A stretch of 63,996 bases of DNA, counting the filler, from Reclinomonas americana ATCC 50394 (lineage: Eukaryota): NCBI GenBank assembly GCA_048213135.1. It is 5 parts of 4 records of this genome, joined end to end, with 100 filler letters (N's around TTAATTAATTAA, not from the genome) between each part and the next. Parts side by side here need not be neighbours in the genome. Positions count along the whole stretch, not along the records: positions 49,573 to 54,409 come from PS015337.1; positions 54,510 to 61,990 come from PS015337.1; positions 62,091 to 63,996 come from PS015339.1; 2 more parts are not named here. One strand, written 5' to 3'. A program made the translations under genes and the position numbers. The notes under the pieces were generated by a model. It searched no databases, was not told the DNA's origin, and saw only the letters and a program-made list of their open reading frames with translations. Of the stretch, positions 52,773-63,996 are shown one piece after another (positions within the stretch are counted from its first letter, which is position 1; every line of letters starts with the position of its first letter).

Positions 52773-52880
52773 TCATGGGCGCTGCTCGACAATGTGGTGG
52801 TGGTGGCTGTGGTTGGCCCACTTGATGAGGCCGATGCCGAAGCCGAGCGGCAGGGCGGCGTCGATCAGGAAGCGCTTGGC
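52773..52880 (-). CDS. Terminal exon of a small membrane protein, possibly cytochrome bc1 subunit 8 (QCR8)-like
   Basis: After a pyrimidine-rich acceptor: AKRFLIDAALPLGFGIGLIKWANHSHHHHIVEQRP*, strong C/G-ending codon bias, one TM segment with P and W spacing like QCR8. Confidence 0.35.
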   Translation of the reverse strand, partial: AKRFLIDAALPLGFGIGLIKWANHSHHHHIVEQRP

Positions 52881-53012
52881 CTGTGAAGGGGGTGGAGAGG
52901 TGAGGAGATGAGGGACCAAATGAAGATAGGAGAGTGGGAAGCCTCAAACACGGCGCAGAGATATGCACAAAGCAGATACGAAATGGTGCAGAAGAGGAGT
53001 GGAAGGAGGGCG

Positions 53013-53400
53013 CAGACGCTCGAGGTGCGAGGAACACGGCGCAGAGACACGCACACATGGGGAAGCGAAGAATGCACGTGCGATGACAGTAGCAGCACGG
53101 AATGCAGAGGAAGAAGGATGCACGCACAGACGCTCGAGGTGCGAGGAACACGGCACACATGGGGAAGCGAAGGATGCACGTGCGATGACAGTAGCAGCAC
53201 GGAATGCAGAGGAAGAAGGATGCACGCACAGACNNNNNNNNNNNNNNNNNNNNAAGCGAAGGATGCACATGCGATGACAGTAACAGCACGGAATGCAGAG
53301 GAAGAAGGATGCACGCACAGACGCTCGAGGTGGGAGGAACACGGCACACATGGGGAAGCAAAGGATGCACGTGCGATGACGGTAACAGGGAATGCAGAGG
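53013..53400. repeat. Tandem repeat of about 102 bp, at least 3-4 copies, interrupted by a gap
   Basis: CAGACGCTCGAGGTG...GGATGCACGTGCGATGACAGTAGCAGCACGGAATGCAGAGG recurs near 53013, 53127 and 53317. Confidence 0.85.
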
Positions 53401-54363
53401 ACGAGCAACGATCATTCTGGCAATGAAGCCAACAAGACGCAACACAGAACGACAGTCATGAAGAAGCACGACCTCTGCCACACAGAGACAAGCAAACCGG
53501 AGCAGAACAGCGTCCAAACGGCGACAAGCAGACGCAAGGGACGAGGAGGGGAGCACACAATGCAAGAGAGCAACGATGGAGTGCGAAACACCACAAAGCT
53601 GAACGAGACTGAATGCGCGGAGAATGATAAGTGCAAAGGTAGTTGGAGAGGTAAGGGAACACAACAATGAGACACGCAAGTAGGCAACAAACTGCACGAA
53701 TGGCAGAACGAGACTGAGTGGTGAACTCACGGAAGGCGGCGACTAAACGGCGACAGGCAGAGGCAAGGGAGGAGGAGGGGAGCACACAATGCGAGAGAGC
53801 ACAATGGAGAACGAATACCACAAAGCTGAATGCGCTGAGAACAGAGGAGGAGAGAGAAAAGCGAGGATGACAGGATGAGTGCATAGCTGTGCGTGAAAAC
53901 AAGCTCTTGCGAGGATGACAAGAACGAGACTGAGAGGGGAACACACGGAGAGCATGTCGGCAGAGGGAGGCACAGAAGAGCAGGGCGGCGTTCGTATGGT
54001 GGGGATGTACAAGGGGAGTGAAGCACAGGTGAAGAGAGTGAATGAGAGAAAGGAGAGAGAGAGAGAGAGAGAGAGACAAGAGGAGATGCACAAGAGAGTG
54101 AAGCACAGGTGCACACACACATACACACAGAGAGAGGGGGAGAGAGAGAGAGATGCATCAGACGTCAGCACGCTCTCTCTCTCTCAACAGCAATGTGCAC
54201 TGCTCTCACTCACTCACTCTCCTCTCTCCAACGCACACACATGCACACACACACGCATCAACACACACAGTCACAGTGAGTGTGCGTTGAGTGAGCGAGT
54301 GAGTGAGTGCACGCATGGCCATGGCACTCACAAACGCACCTCTCACTCTCTCTCTCTCTATCG

Positions 54364-54409
<46 letters not shown>

Positions 54410-54639
54410 NNNNNNNNNNNNNNNNNNNNNNNNNNNNNNNNNNNNNNNNNNNNTTAATTAATTAANNNNNNNNNNNNNNNNNNNNNNNNNNNNNNNNNNN
54501 NNNNNNNNNGCCTCCCTCCCTCCCTCCCTCCCTTCCCTCCCTCCTCTCCCTCCCTTCGCCTCCCTCCCTCCCTCCCTTCCCTTGCCTCCCTCCCTCCCTT
54601 GCCTCTCCCTCCCTTGCCTCCCTCCCTCCCTCCCTACAC

Positions 54640-55243
54640 TCACACTGTCACTTGACACGAGCTGGCAATGCGACCATGACACGCATACATCTTGGCAAAA
54701 CTCCACCGCCACGACTCGTCCTCCCACTCCTCGATCGAGATGGCCAGCGACGATCGACCCACCATGACATCGGGATCGCCAAGCGAGCCGAGCTCCGCCA
54801 TCTCCGTTGCGCGCGACTCCGCCTCTTCACGCACCCACACCCCGCGATGCGTGTGCTTCGAGAACAGCGCGCTCACCGCCTCCAGCACCACCGACGACGA
54901 CGACGACTTTTCCGCACCCAATCTCGGAAAAAAGTGCGTAAAGAACGCCACCACATTGTCGACACTGGCCTCCACCTCCGTGCGACCCTCCTCCCGCGAC
55001 GGATAGCGCGGCGGGTTCGGGTGCCACTCGTGCGCGCCTCCCAGCTGCGGCTGATCATACGAGAACACCTCCGGACGATCACTCAGAAACGCAATCCACT
55101 CGCCACGCAGCCGCTCCGCCTCCACCGTCGATGTCGACCACCACTTGTCGGTGGCAATGCGCACCGCCCCATCCACTGCCTCGCGTGCAGCGAAAAAGTC
55201 AATGAGCTCCGGCGCAGCATCCATGGCGCGAAGAGCTTCCAGA
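54640..55243 (-). CDS. Partial hypothetical protein
   Basis: About 200 intron-free open codons of globular-looking composition (EWIAFLSDRPEVFSY...EVEASVDNVVAFFTHFFP) running out of a gap. Confidence 0.5.
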
Positions 55244-56273
55244 NNNNNNNNNNNNNNNNNNNNNNNNNNNNNNNNNNNNNNNNNNNNNNNNNNNNNNNNN
55301 NNNNNNNNNNNNNNNNNNNNNNNNNNNNNNNNNNNNNNNNNNNNNNNNNNNNNNNNNNNNNNNNNNNNNNNNNNNNNNNNNNNNNNNNNNNNNNNNNNNN
55401 NNNNNNNNNNNNNNNNNNNNNNNNNNNNNNNNNNNNNNNNNNNNNNNNNNNNNNNNNNNNNNNNNNNNNNNNNNNNNNNNNNNNNNNNNNNNNNNNNNNN
55501 NNNNNNNNNNNNNNNNNNNNNNNNNNNNNNNNNNNNNNNNNNNNNNNNNNNNNNNNNNNNNNNNNNNNNNNNNNNNNNNNNNNNNNNNNNNNNNNNNNNN
55601 NNNNNNNNNNNNNNNNNNNNNNNNNNNNNNNNNNNNNNNNNNNNNNNNNNNNNNNNNNNNNNNNNNNNNNNNNNNNNNNNNNNNNNNNNNNNNNNNNNNN
55701 NNNNNNNNNNNNNNNNNNNNNNNNNNNNNNNNNNNNNNNNNNNNNNNNNNNNNNNNNNNNNNNNNNNNNNNNNNNNNNNNNNNNNNNNNNNNNNNNNNNN
55801 NNNNNNNNNNNNNNNNNNNNNNNNNNNNNNNNNNNNNNNNNNNNNNNNNNNNNNNNNNNNNNNNNNNNNNNNNNNNNNNNNNNNNNNNNNNNAGGGAGGG
55901 AGGCAAGGGAGGGAGGGAGGCAAGGGAGGGAGAGAGGGAGGCAAGGGAGGGAGAGAGGGAGGCAAGGGAGGGAGGGAGGGAGGCAAGGGAGGCAGGCAGA
56001 GGAACAATTGAGCGCCGCCTGCTGATCAATCTTGCTTTGCAGCTTTGCCGCTCCTCCACTACCTCGCAGACGGCATCGCTGAGTAAACATCGTGAAACAG
56101 ACAGTTGTTTCGTTTTGGGGTTTTTCGTGTGCTACATTCCACCCACCACCACGCTCACACACGCAGGTGCGCAGAGCAACAGAGGGAACAGAACACAGCA
56201 AATTCACAGGGAATTGAAAAGGGGGGAAAAGAAGAGTAGTATCACAACAAAAAAGAGTACAGGGACAACAGGA

Positions 56274-57320
56274 TTACTTGGAGCTGTCGTACACGCCGGC
56301 GTAGACCTGCGACTCAATGCCGCACTCGTTCTTGCCGCGGCGGATCCAGAAGACGCCGTCCATGCCCCACGAGGTGCCCCAGCTGTTGTTGACAATCCAG
56401 TACTCCTCCTTCTTCTCATCCACACCCCAGCCAATGATCTTGACGGCGTGGCCGCCAGCCAGGCTGCCGTGCGTGTGGTGGTACACACCAGACTTGTAGT
56501 TGAAGAAGTCGTCGTAGACCGAGAAGCCAGCCTCCACCGGGCCGTTGGTCATCACCTCAGTGGCGATCGAGGCAGCATCGGTGAACGAGCCGGTGCCCTT
56601 GGCGTAGAAGTACTTCGAGTTCGACGGCGACGGGCACGCAGAGGTGGCCGGGAGCGGCTTCGGCGGCACAGCAGTGCACGTGCCAGAGTCGCCGCCACCA
56701 GAGGTGTACGGGTAGCACGAGTCGAGCGGCACGCCAGACTGGGTCATGAAGGCCCAGGCGTTCTGCAGGTAGCCGCCCTGGCAGCCGTAGTCGGTGGTGT
56801 CGCAGCTCACCAGCTCCTGCGGGGAGAGCACCGGCTCCAGCTGGCCCTTGGTGGCAATGCACACGCGGTCGGCGAACGACTCGGTGGCGGCAAACGCCCA
56901 GCAGCTGCCGCACTGCGCCTGGTCGCGGATGTTGTTGATGCTCTTGGCGCACTCGGCCCACTGGGTGGCGGCGTTGAACGAGTCGGGAATGTCGGCGCGG
57001 TGCAGCACCACCTGAGTGCCAAACACCGGGGCGTTCTCAGTGTCCAGGCGCAGGCCCAGGCGCTTCTTGGCTGAGAGAGAGAGAGAGAGAGCAAAAAAGT
57101 GAGGACGAGTCACGCAAACACGGACAACAACTGCGATGTGCCACTCACCATCCTTGAAGGTCACACCGCGGAACACCTCATTGTCGCCGGCGACCCAGCT
57201 GGCACCCGAGTTGTTCACAATGAACTGGGTGCGCTTGCTGAGCACCAGGTCGTCGTCCTGCAGAGCGGACGCGACCACCACAATGGCGGCGATGATGGCG
57301 ACGACAATGAACTGACGCAT
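56274..57320 (-). CDS. Cathepsin B-like cysteine peptidase (C1A), active site intact, single intron 57071-57148
   Basis: Signal peptide, IRDQAQCGSCWAF, LSPQELVSCD, GCQGG, GGHAVKIIGWG, YWIVNNSWG; no obvious His-His occluding loop. Confidence 0.96.
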   Translation of the reverse strand: MRQFIVVAIIAAIVVVASALQDDDLVLSKRTQFIVNNSGASWVAGDNEVFRGVTFKDGEWHIAVVVRVCVTRPHFFALSLSLSAKKRLGLRLDTENAPVFGTQVVLHRADIPDSFNAATQWAECAKSINNIRDQAQCGSCWAFAATESFADRVCIATKGQLEPVLSPQELVSCDTTDYGCQGGYLQNAWAFMTQSGVPLDSCYPYTSGGGDSGTCTAVPPKPLPATSACPSPSNSKYFYAKGTGSFTDAASIATEVMTNGPVEAGFSVYDDFFNYKSGVYHHTHGSLAGGHAVKIIGWGVDEKKEEYWIVNNSWGTSWGMDGVFWIRRGKNECGIESQVYAGVYDSSK

Positions 57321-58324
57321 GCTGCGAGTGGGGAGAGAGGGAGACTGCAGTCAGTCGCTGAAAAGCGCGTGGAGTTTTGCAGAATATTCTTCAGAGAGGA
57401 GGGAGGCAAGGCGCACATGGAGGAAACGAAGAGCGGAGAGGAGGAGGAGGGCGAGGAGGGAGAGGAAAGGGGGGCGGAAAAACAGGCGAAATGCGCCATG
57501 ACAAGAGTTTGCCCGCCGCGTGCCACGGCACTCACACAAACACACACAAAGCATCATGCAACAGCGCCCCTGTCACAAGTGGAAGCAGTCATGCGCACGC
57601 ACAAGAAAAAAGAGGAGGAGTGGAGTGTGGTGAATGAAAAGCGAGGAAATGTGCGCCATCTTCTCGCACGCGCTCCAAAAAATGCAACGACCCCCACTAC
57701 ACACACACGCGCAGTGTGCATGTGCAGCGACTCGCAGAGTCTCTACACTCCCCAGTCGGGAACATGCAGGAGACGTGTCACAACAAAAAAAAGAGACCAA
57801 GCAATCAATCGCAGCAGGTTACACTGTAACCCAAAAGAGAAAAAAGTCGACAACCAATGACACAGATAGGAGGAGGAGAAAAACAGGGTAGCAAGGGGGA
57901 AGGCGGAGGGGAATGGGAGAGGAAGAGTAAAGGAAGCGCGTTCTCACCTCTCTCAACACAAAATGTGGAAATGAAAAAGTTAGACGACGGAAATTTGCGG
58001 CTCGGGGGTCGCTGCCTCGACTCCGGCGTGCCGGCCGCCACAACAAAAAAACACAACTCCTCTCGCACCGCGCACTCTGCACGAGAGACAGTGTGAGAGA
58101 GCGCGAGCGACAGACAACTCTGCACACTCCGCAAGCACCAAGTTCCAAAATCGGACAGGAATATTCTGCATTGAGATCGTGGTTGATGCAGCAAGCGGCG
58201 TAAAGTGCAAGAGATTGCGCCAGAGAGGATCCGGAGAGACATCAGAAGGAGGAAGCGTGACCCAGCGCAATCAGAACTCAGTAACCGAATTGGCCGCCAT
58301 TTCAATCCGTTGCACAAACAAACA

Positions 58325-61237
58325 ATGGCCCTTGCGCCGACACAAGTACTCTCCGGCCAACAACATGGCCACGCGCCACTCTCTGCATATGCAGTGCCCT
58401 ACACCGACATGTACAGCGCAGTGCCGACGTTGACAGGTGCGCAAGCACCACCGCAACAGCACATGGAGTGGGAGAGCGTGCCACTGCCGACAACTCCCAC
58501 CATGTCGATGCGCACGACGACCATGGGAGGCGCAGAGGATGATAATAACAGCAGTGGTGGGAAGGCGGTGGCGGATGCGGTGTTTGGGGACGGAAAGAGC
58601 GTGCAGTCGCAGTTGGTGCGCGGAGTGGCGGGATCGGTGAGCAGACTCTCAAGCACCAAGCCAAGCGCGTCTTCGTATTGTGTTTCTTATGGTGGGTGCA
58701 AAGATGATGAGCAGTGTGCAGCAACGCGTGTCGGGAGTGTTTTCGTTGGATCCGCTGCGACCGTACTTTGAGCATGTGGACACGCGTGAGGTGTTGCGGA
58801 GGGCGCTCATGGCGTTTGTGCCGAAGCGCGATCGGTTGTCGAGTGAGAAGCCGGAGTTGTATGGTTTGAGAGAGGGAAAGGGAAGGGGGGAGGAGGAGGG
58901 GGAGAGAGTAACTTTGATTTTTTCCGATTCTGTGGATCTGTTGTTTTCGCCCTTCCTCACGTTCTTTGCCTTCTGTCTTTCATCTGCATTCCTGCAGGCG
59001 CTGGGGCGTCCTTATCATCTTCGCAGTTGTCTCTCTGCTACGCCCTCTGTCCCATCTCTGGCGCTGTGTACTTGCCGTTCCGACCTTGCTGTGCCCTCTG
59101 TCCTTTATTCGCTCTCCCCCATACGCTGTGGCGACGACGTCCTTGTCTTTGCTGTCCTTGACATCTCACTTGCCTCGCCCACTGTCTTCACTCTCATCCT
59201 TGACTTTCTGCATTGCTGCCCGCTCACTTCATCCGTTCTCTGTCCTTCATCCGCTCACCCGTCGGCACTGTGGCGTCGTTGTCCTTACGCTCCCCTTGCT
59301 GTGCCCTCTTTCCTTCATCGGCTCTCCCACTTGTGCTGTGGCGTGCTTCCCCTGACCTCTCACTTGCCTCGCCCACTGTCTTTCATCTCGTCCATGACTT
59401 TTGCATTCCTGCCCGCTCACTTCATCGCTCTCTGTCCTTCATGTGTTCTCCCAGCGCACGGTGGCGTAGTTGTCCTTCCGCTTACCTTGCTATGCCTTCT
59501 TTCCTTCATCCGCTCTCCCATATGTGCTGTGGCGTGCTGCCCCTGATCTCACATGAATCGCCCACTGTATTCCATCTCGCCCTTGACTTTTTGCATTCCT
59601 GCCCTTCGACCGTTCTCCCAGTGTACTGTGGAATTCTTGTCGCCCCGCTGCAGTTGTCTTTCTGCATCGCTTTGTGTCTTTCATCTCAGGCGCTGATGTG
59701 TCGTTCTTTCATCGCTGCGTTTGACCTCTTACTTGCTGCACCCACTGGTTTCTATCTGCTCGCCCTCATGCGCTGTGGTGCACTTGTCTGTTCACCTTCC
59801 TTGACCTCTCACTGTCCTCCATCGACTTGCTATGGCGTCGTTGTCCTTCCTTCGTTCTTGACCTCTCACTTGGTGCACCCTCTGTCCTTCATATACTCGC
59901 TCACACTCTTTGTTGCCATTGGAGACCTCTCTGGAATCACTCTTTCATCCACCCCCATGCTGCCATGGTGGCATCCTCCCACTCCTCTCCCTCCTCTCCC
60001 TCCTCCCCCTCCTCTCCCTCCTCCCCCTCCTCTCCATCCCCTCTCCCTCCTCTCCTCTCCTCTCCTCTCCTCTCCTCTCCTCTCCTCTCCTCTCCTCTCC
60101 TCTCCTCTCCTCTCCTCTCCNNNNNNNNNNNNNNNNNNNNNNNNNNNNNNNNNNNNNNNNNNNNNNNNNNNNNNNNNNNNNNNNNNNNNNNNNNNNNNNN
60201 NNNNNNNNNNNNNNNNNNNNNNNNNNNNNNNNNNNNNNNNNNNNNNNNNNNNNNNNNNNNNNNNNNNNNNNNNNNNNNNNNNNNNNNNNNNNNNNNNNNN
60301 NNNNNNNNNNNNNNNNNNNNNNNNNNNNNNNNNNNNNNNNNNNNNNNNNNNNNNNNNNNNNNNNNNNNNNNNNNNNNNNNNNNNNNNNNNNNNNNNNNNN
60401 NNNNNNNNNNNNNNNNNNNNNNNNNNNNNNNNNNNNNNNNNNNNNNNNNNNNNNNNNNNNNNNNNNNNNNNNNNNNNNNNNNNNNNNNNNNNNNNNNNNN
60501 NNNNNNNNNNNNNNNNNNNNNNNNNNNNNNNNNNNNNNNNNNNNNNNNNNNNNNNNNNNNNNNNNNNNNNNNNNNNNNNNNNNNNNNNNNNNNNNNNNNN
60601 NNNNNNNNNNNNNNNNNTCCCTCCCCTTGCCCCTCCCCTCCTCTCCCTCCCCAATGCTCGCCTGCACTCACTAAATCTCCTTTGATGCAGGACCAACTCT
60701 CGCCATGTTCCTATTCGCCTGGGTCTTCCACTTGATGGCGGGCATGGAGCAGAGCTCGGGCGTGCTGGCGGCCTCCACAGTGTGGATGTTCTCGGCAGGC
60801 GGTTCGTTTCCCCCATGTTCTTTCCCCACGCACATTTGTGCCCTCACCACCACTCACTCTCGCTACAGCCGCCTTCTCCGTCATGTTCATGCTTAATCTG
60901 CGCGTGGGCATTGTGCACTGCTTCAGCGTCGTCGGCTACCTCTTTTATCCGCTCACAGTGGGTGCGCTGATGTCCACTCTCCCGTCGTTCCTCTTCTTCC
61001 TCGGCCTCTGCGCTGTCATGGGTCTCGGGTGCTCGTCGCTGGTGAGTACGCACTTGCGCAATGCCCCCTCCCCTGTGCGTTGGTGTCGCTCACACGGAAA
61101 AAAACGACAACCAGGTCTTCAACGTTCTGGCCATGGACGAGCTGACACATTCCAGCTTGCAACAGCGGCTACTGAGCGGCATCCTAGCAGCTGCCGTGCC
61201 CGCCATATTCTCCGTAGTCATGTATTTCATGCTCTAA
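58325..61237 (+). CDS. Yip1-domain membrane protein, YIPF3-like
   Basis: LDPLRPYFEHVDTREVLRR...PELY|GPTLAMF, SVVGYLFY and several TM segments; long repeat-filled intron 58864-60690. Confidence 0.75.
59080..59610. repeat. Degenerate intronic tandem repeat of about 200 bp, three copies
   Basis: CCTTGCT.TGCC.TCT...GCTGTGGCG...TCTCACTTGCCTCGCCCACTGT...TTGACTTT.TGCATT recurs near 59084, 59294 and 59485. Confidence 0.75.
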
Positions 61238-61308
61238 AAGCCGTAGGGCATCACTTCAATAGATCGCAATCATCATGTTGTATCTGCCGTGCTCCTCCTC
61301 CCCTCCTC

Positions 61309-61920
61309 TCACTGCATGTTCCACTTGCCGGCGTACGCCTGCCCCACGATATGTGAGCGAGTCACGTGAGTATAGAGAGATGGGGAGAAACGAGCGTCAC
61401 ACCTGATCCTCAATGCCGCACTCGTCGGTGCCGCGGGCAATCATAAAGTAGCCCTCCATGCCCCAGCTGGTGCCCCAGCTATTGGCCACCAGCCTGTGCG
61501 CGCACACATGCAGGTGAGGGGAAGCGGTGGATGTGGCAGGGAAAATCACATGAAAGCAACGCACCAGTATTTCTGGTTCGCAGTCGGGTCCACTCCCCAG
61601 CCAATAATCTGCGTGCGACACGCGAGTGAGAGCAACGACAAAGCTATCACGCGTCTCGTGTTGGCAGCAGACCTTGATGGCGTGTCCGCCAGCCCTGCGA
61701 TTCACAGTGAGCAGTAACGAAGGAAAATGATGTAAGGGGGAAACCCAACGCAACAAATCGCCAGCCACGTGCTTGTACACGCCCGTGGTGTAGCTGCGAA
61801 GCAGAGCAAAATGAGTGGCGCGTCCAATGGGAAGACAATCGCATCACGCGCGCAAACCTGAAAAAGTCCTCATACACTGAAAAGCCGGCCTCCAGGGGTC
61901 CGTTGTTCAGGATTTCGGCT
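61309..61920 (-). CDS. Third cathepsin B-like peptidase, 3' part only, intron-rich
   Basis: [47 protein letters not shown]...YW|LVANSWG...[16 protein letters not shown]. Confidence 0.88.
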
Positions 61921-62090
61921 GCGCATCAACGGTGAGGGGTCGCTTCGAAACAACGAAAGGCAAGTGTGAGGAGGCGCAACTCTGGATGCTNNNNNNNNNN
62001 NNNNNNNNNNNNNNNNNNNNNNNNNNNNNNNNNNTTAATTAATTAANNNNNNNNNNNNNNNNNNNNNNNNNNNNNNNNNNNNNNNNNNNN

Positions 62091-62907
62091 AGTTCACTGG
62101 CCCAGTGTGCCCTACCAACCGCCGCACTTCCTTGCCACTCGCTATTAACCAGATGCGCACAGTTTTGTCCCAACTACCACTCACCACGTGGCGACCATCG
62201 GGAGTGACGGCGACAGACATAACCATATGCGCGTGACCCACTATTTGTCGCAATTCCTCGCCGCTCTCCACGCACCACACTCGAACCGTCCCGTCCCAGC
62301 TCCCGCTCACCACGTGCCGGCCGTCAGGAGTGACTGCGACAGAGGCCACGGCTGCCGAGTGTCGGTCCCACCGTTGCAGTTGTTCTCCAGTCGCCAGAGA
62401 CCACACGCACACTGTATTGTCCGCACTCCCACTGACAACATGCTGACCGTCAGGAGCAAAGGCAACAGAGTACACGGCACGAGTGTGCCCCTCCAGCCAT
62501 TGCACTGTCTCGCCGCTCGCCAGCGACCACACTCGCACACTCTTGTCGTCGCTCCCACTCACAATGAACTGACCATCCGGAGAGACGGAAACGCAACGCA
62601 CTGAAGCTTTGTCTATCTTCGACCGCTGCACTTCCTCTCCGCTCGCCAGCGACCACACACGCACAGTGCCATCAACCGCTCCACTCACAATGTGCTCACT
62701 GTTGGGAGTGACGGCGACGGCTTTCAGCCTACTTGTGTGTCCCTGCAAATGCAACACCTGCTCTCCACTCGCCACAGACCACACTCGCACGCTGCATCCA
62801 CTCGCAGACACCACATGTTGACCAGTGGGAGTGACTGCGACGGAATAGACGGTGTCGGGGTGTCCATGCAGGCACCGAGAAGGGAGAGATGGACGAGCAA
62901 CGGACAT
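62091..62907 (-). CDS. Intronless WD40 repeat protein, copy A, 3' truncated
   Basis: Regular GH...V.SVAVTPDG.HVVSGS.D.TVRVW repeats. Confidence 0.9.
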
Positions 62908-63264
62908 GAAGTGTGAGTGAGTGTGAGGGAGAAGAAGAAGGAAAGGGAGAAGGGAGAGGAAGGGAGACAGAGAACGTGTGTGCCCGATCGCGTGTTCTGC
63001 GTACAGCGTGTGAATGCGGCGTCCTCAAGTTGGAGGACGATTGATTGCTCCGTTGTCGAAGTGTTACATGAAGGGGGTTTTTGAGCAACCTCGACCTCCC
63101 AGCGTGCACCCAGAACGTGTGCTTTCCCCTGCACACCTCGACTCAACGGAGATTCACTCCAGCTGCACGAATTGACGTATTTATACACTACGAGACAGCG
63201 CAACAGAAAAGACAAGAAAAAACAACATCCTCTCAACACATGTGTCCATTCCTTTCCCCCACAA

Positions 63265-63996
63265 TCAAAGGCTGTCGTTCGTGAAGCGGTGATAGACAAT
63301 GACCTCTGCCTCCTCCACCACAAAACAGCGCATCACAATCTCCACCAAACAGCGCGGATCTGGATCGTCTTCCCCTTCACCCTCGATCAGCATCTCCTGC
63401 ACTGCTTGCATGGCCGACTGCGCGCATCTGACCTCCTGTCGAGCGAGTCCATACGATGTGGACCACACGCGCACTGTCTTATCCACGGATCCGCTCACAA
63501 CGTGTTGACCGTCGGGGGAGACGGCGACAGAGTTCACTGGCCCAGTGTGCCCTACCAACCGTCGCACTTCCTCGCCACTCGCCATGGACCACACTCGCAC
63601 GGTCTCGTCCCAACTGCCACTCACCACGTGGCGACCATCTGGAGTGACGGCGACAGTCGTAACCCTTTGCGCGTGACCCATTACTTGTCGCAATTCCTCG
63701 CCGCTCTCCACGCACCATACTCGAACCGTCCCGTCCCAGCTCCCGCTCACCACGTACCGTCCGTCGGGAGTGACTGCGACAGAGGCAACGACTGCCGAGT
63801 GTCGGGCCCACCGTCGCAGTTGTTCTCCACTCGCCAATGACCACACGCACACTGTGTTGTCCGCACTCCCACTGACCACATGCTGACCGTCGGGGGTGAC
63901 GGCAACAGAGAACACGGTACGAGTGTGCCCCTCCAGCCATTGCACTGTCTCGCCACTCGCCAGCGACCACACTCGCACACTCTTGTCACCGCTCCC
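63265..63996 (-). CDS. Intronless WD40 repeat protein, copy B, 5' end outside window
   Basis: Same repeat pattern; DNA 63531-63996 aligns closely with 62091-62556. Confidence 0.9.
   Translation of the reverse strand, partial: GSGDKSVRVWSLASGETVQWLEGHTRTVFSVAVTPDGQHVVSGSADNTVCVWSLASGEQLRRWARHSAVVASVAVTPDGRYVVSGSWDGTVRVWCVESGEELRQVMGHAQRVTTVAVTPDGRHVVSGSWDETVRVWSMASGEEVRRLVGHTGPVNSVAVSPDGQHVVSGSVDKTVRVWSTSYGLARQEVRCAQSAMQAVQEMLIEGEGEDDPDPRCLVEIVMRCFVVEEAEVIVYHRFTNDSL

Overview
Draft genome of an intron-rich, gene-dense, GC-rich unicellular eukaryote (lineage not identifiable from this window; standard genetic code; GT-AG introns mostly 50-100 nt). The window concatenates five scaffolds separated by artificial N-TTAATTAATTAA-N spacers (1-27223, 27324-49472, 49573-54409, 54510-61990, 62091-63996). 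About 22 spliced genes can be rebuilt by hand: an HRI-like eIF2alpha kinase, histone H3, a GH36/clan-D-like glycosidase, OST3/6, a DUF2415-type WD40 protein, GST, a YHM2-like carrier, BRE/BABAM2, eIF3c, a coiled-coil fimbrin, SPF27, TAM41, LEO1, three cathepsin-B-like genes, a YIPF3-like gene and two tandem intronless WD40 genes. Main findings: (1) a frequent class of atypical 5' splice sites GTTG[C/A/T]G, always after a non-G exon base in the cases I could fix, resembling the rare shifted-register U1 sites of mammals; (2) TAM41 with a lamin-tail-like domain inserted in its C-terminal region; (3) an ML lipid-binding domain fused to a Cys-to-Ser cathepsin B pseudo-protease; (4) a fimbrin with a long N-terminal coiled coil carrying a dynein-adaptor CC1-box-like motif; (5) two genes split across opposite strands with matching splice phase, most likely inverted contigs. 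All family calls are from motif recognition, not database searches.
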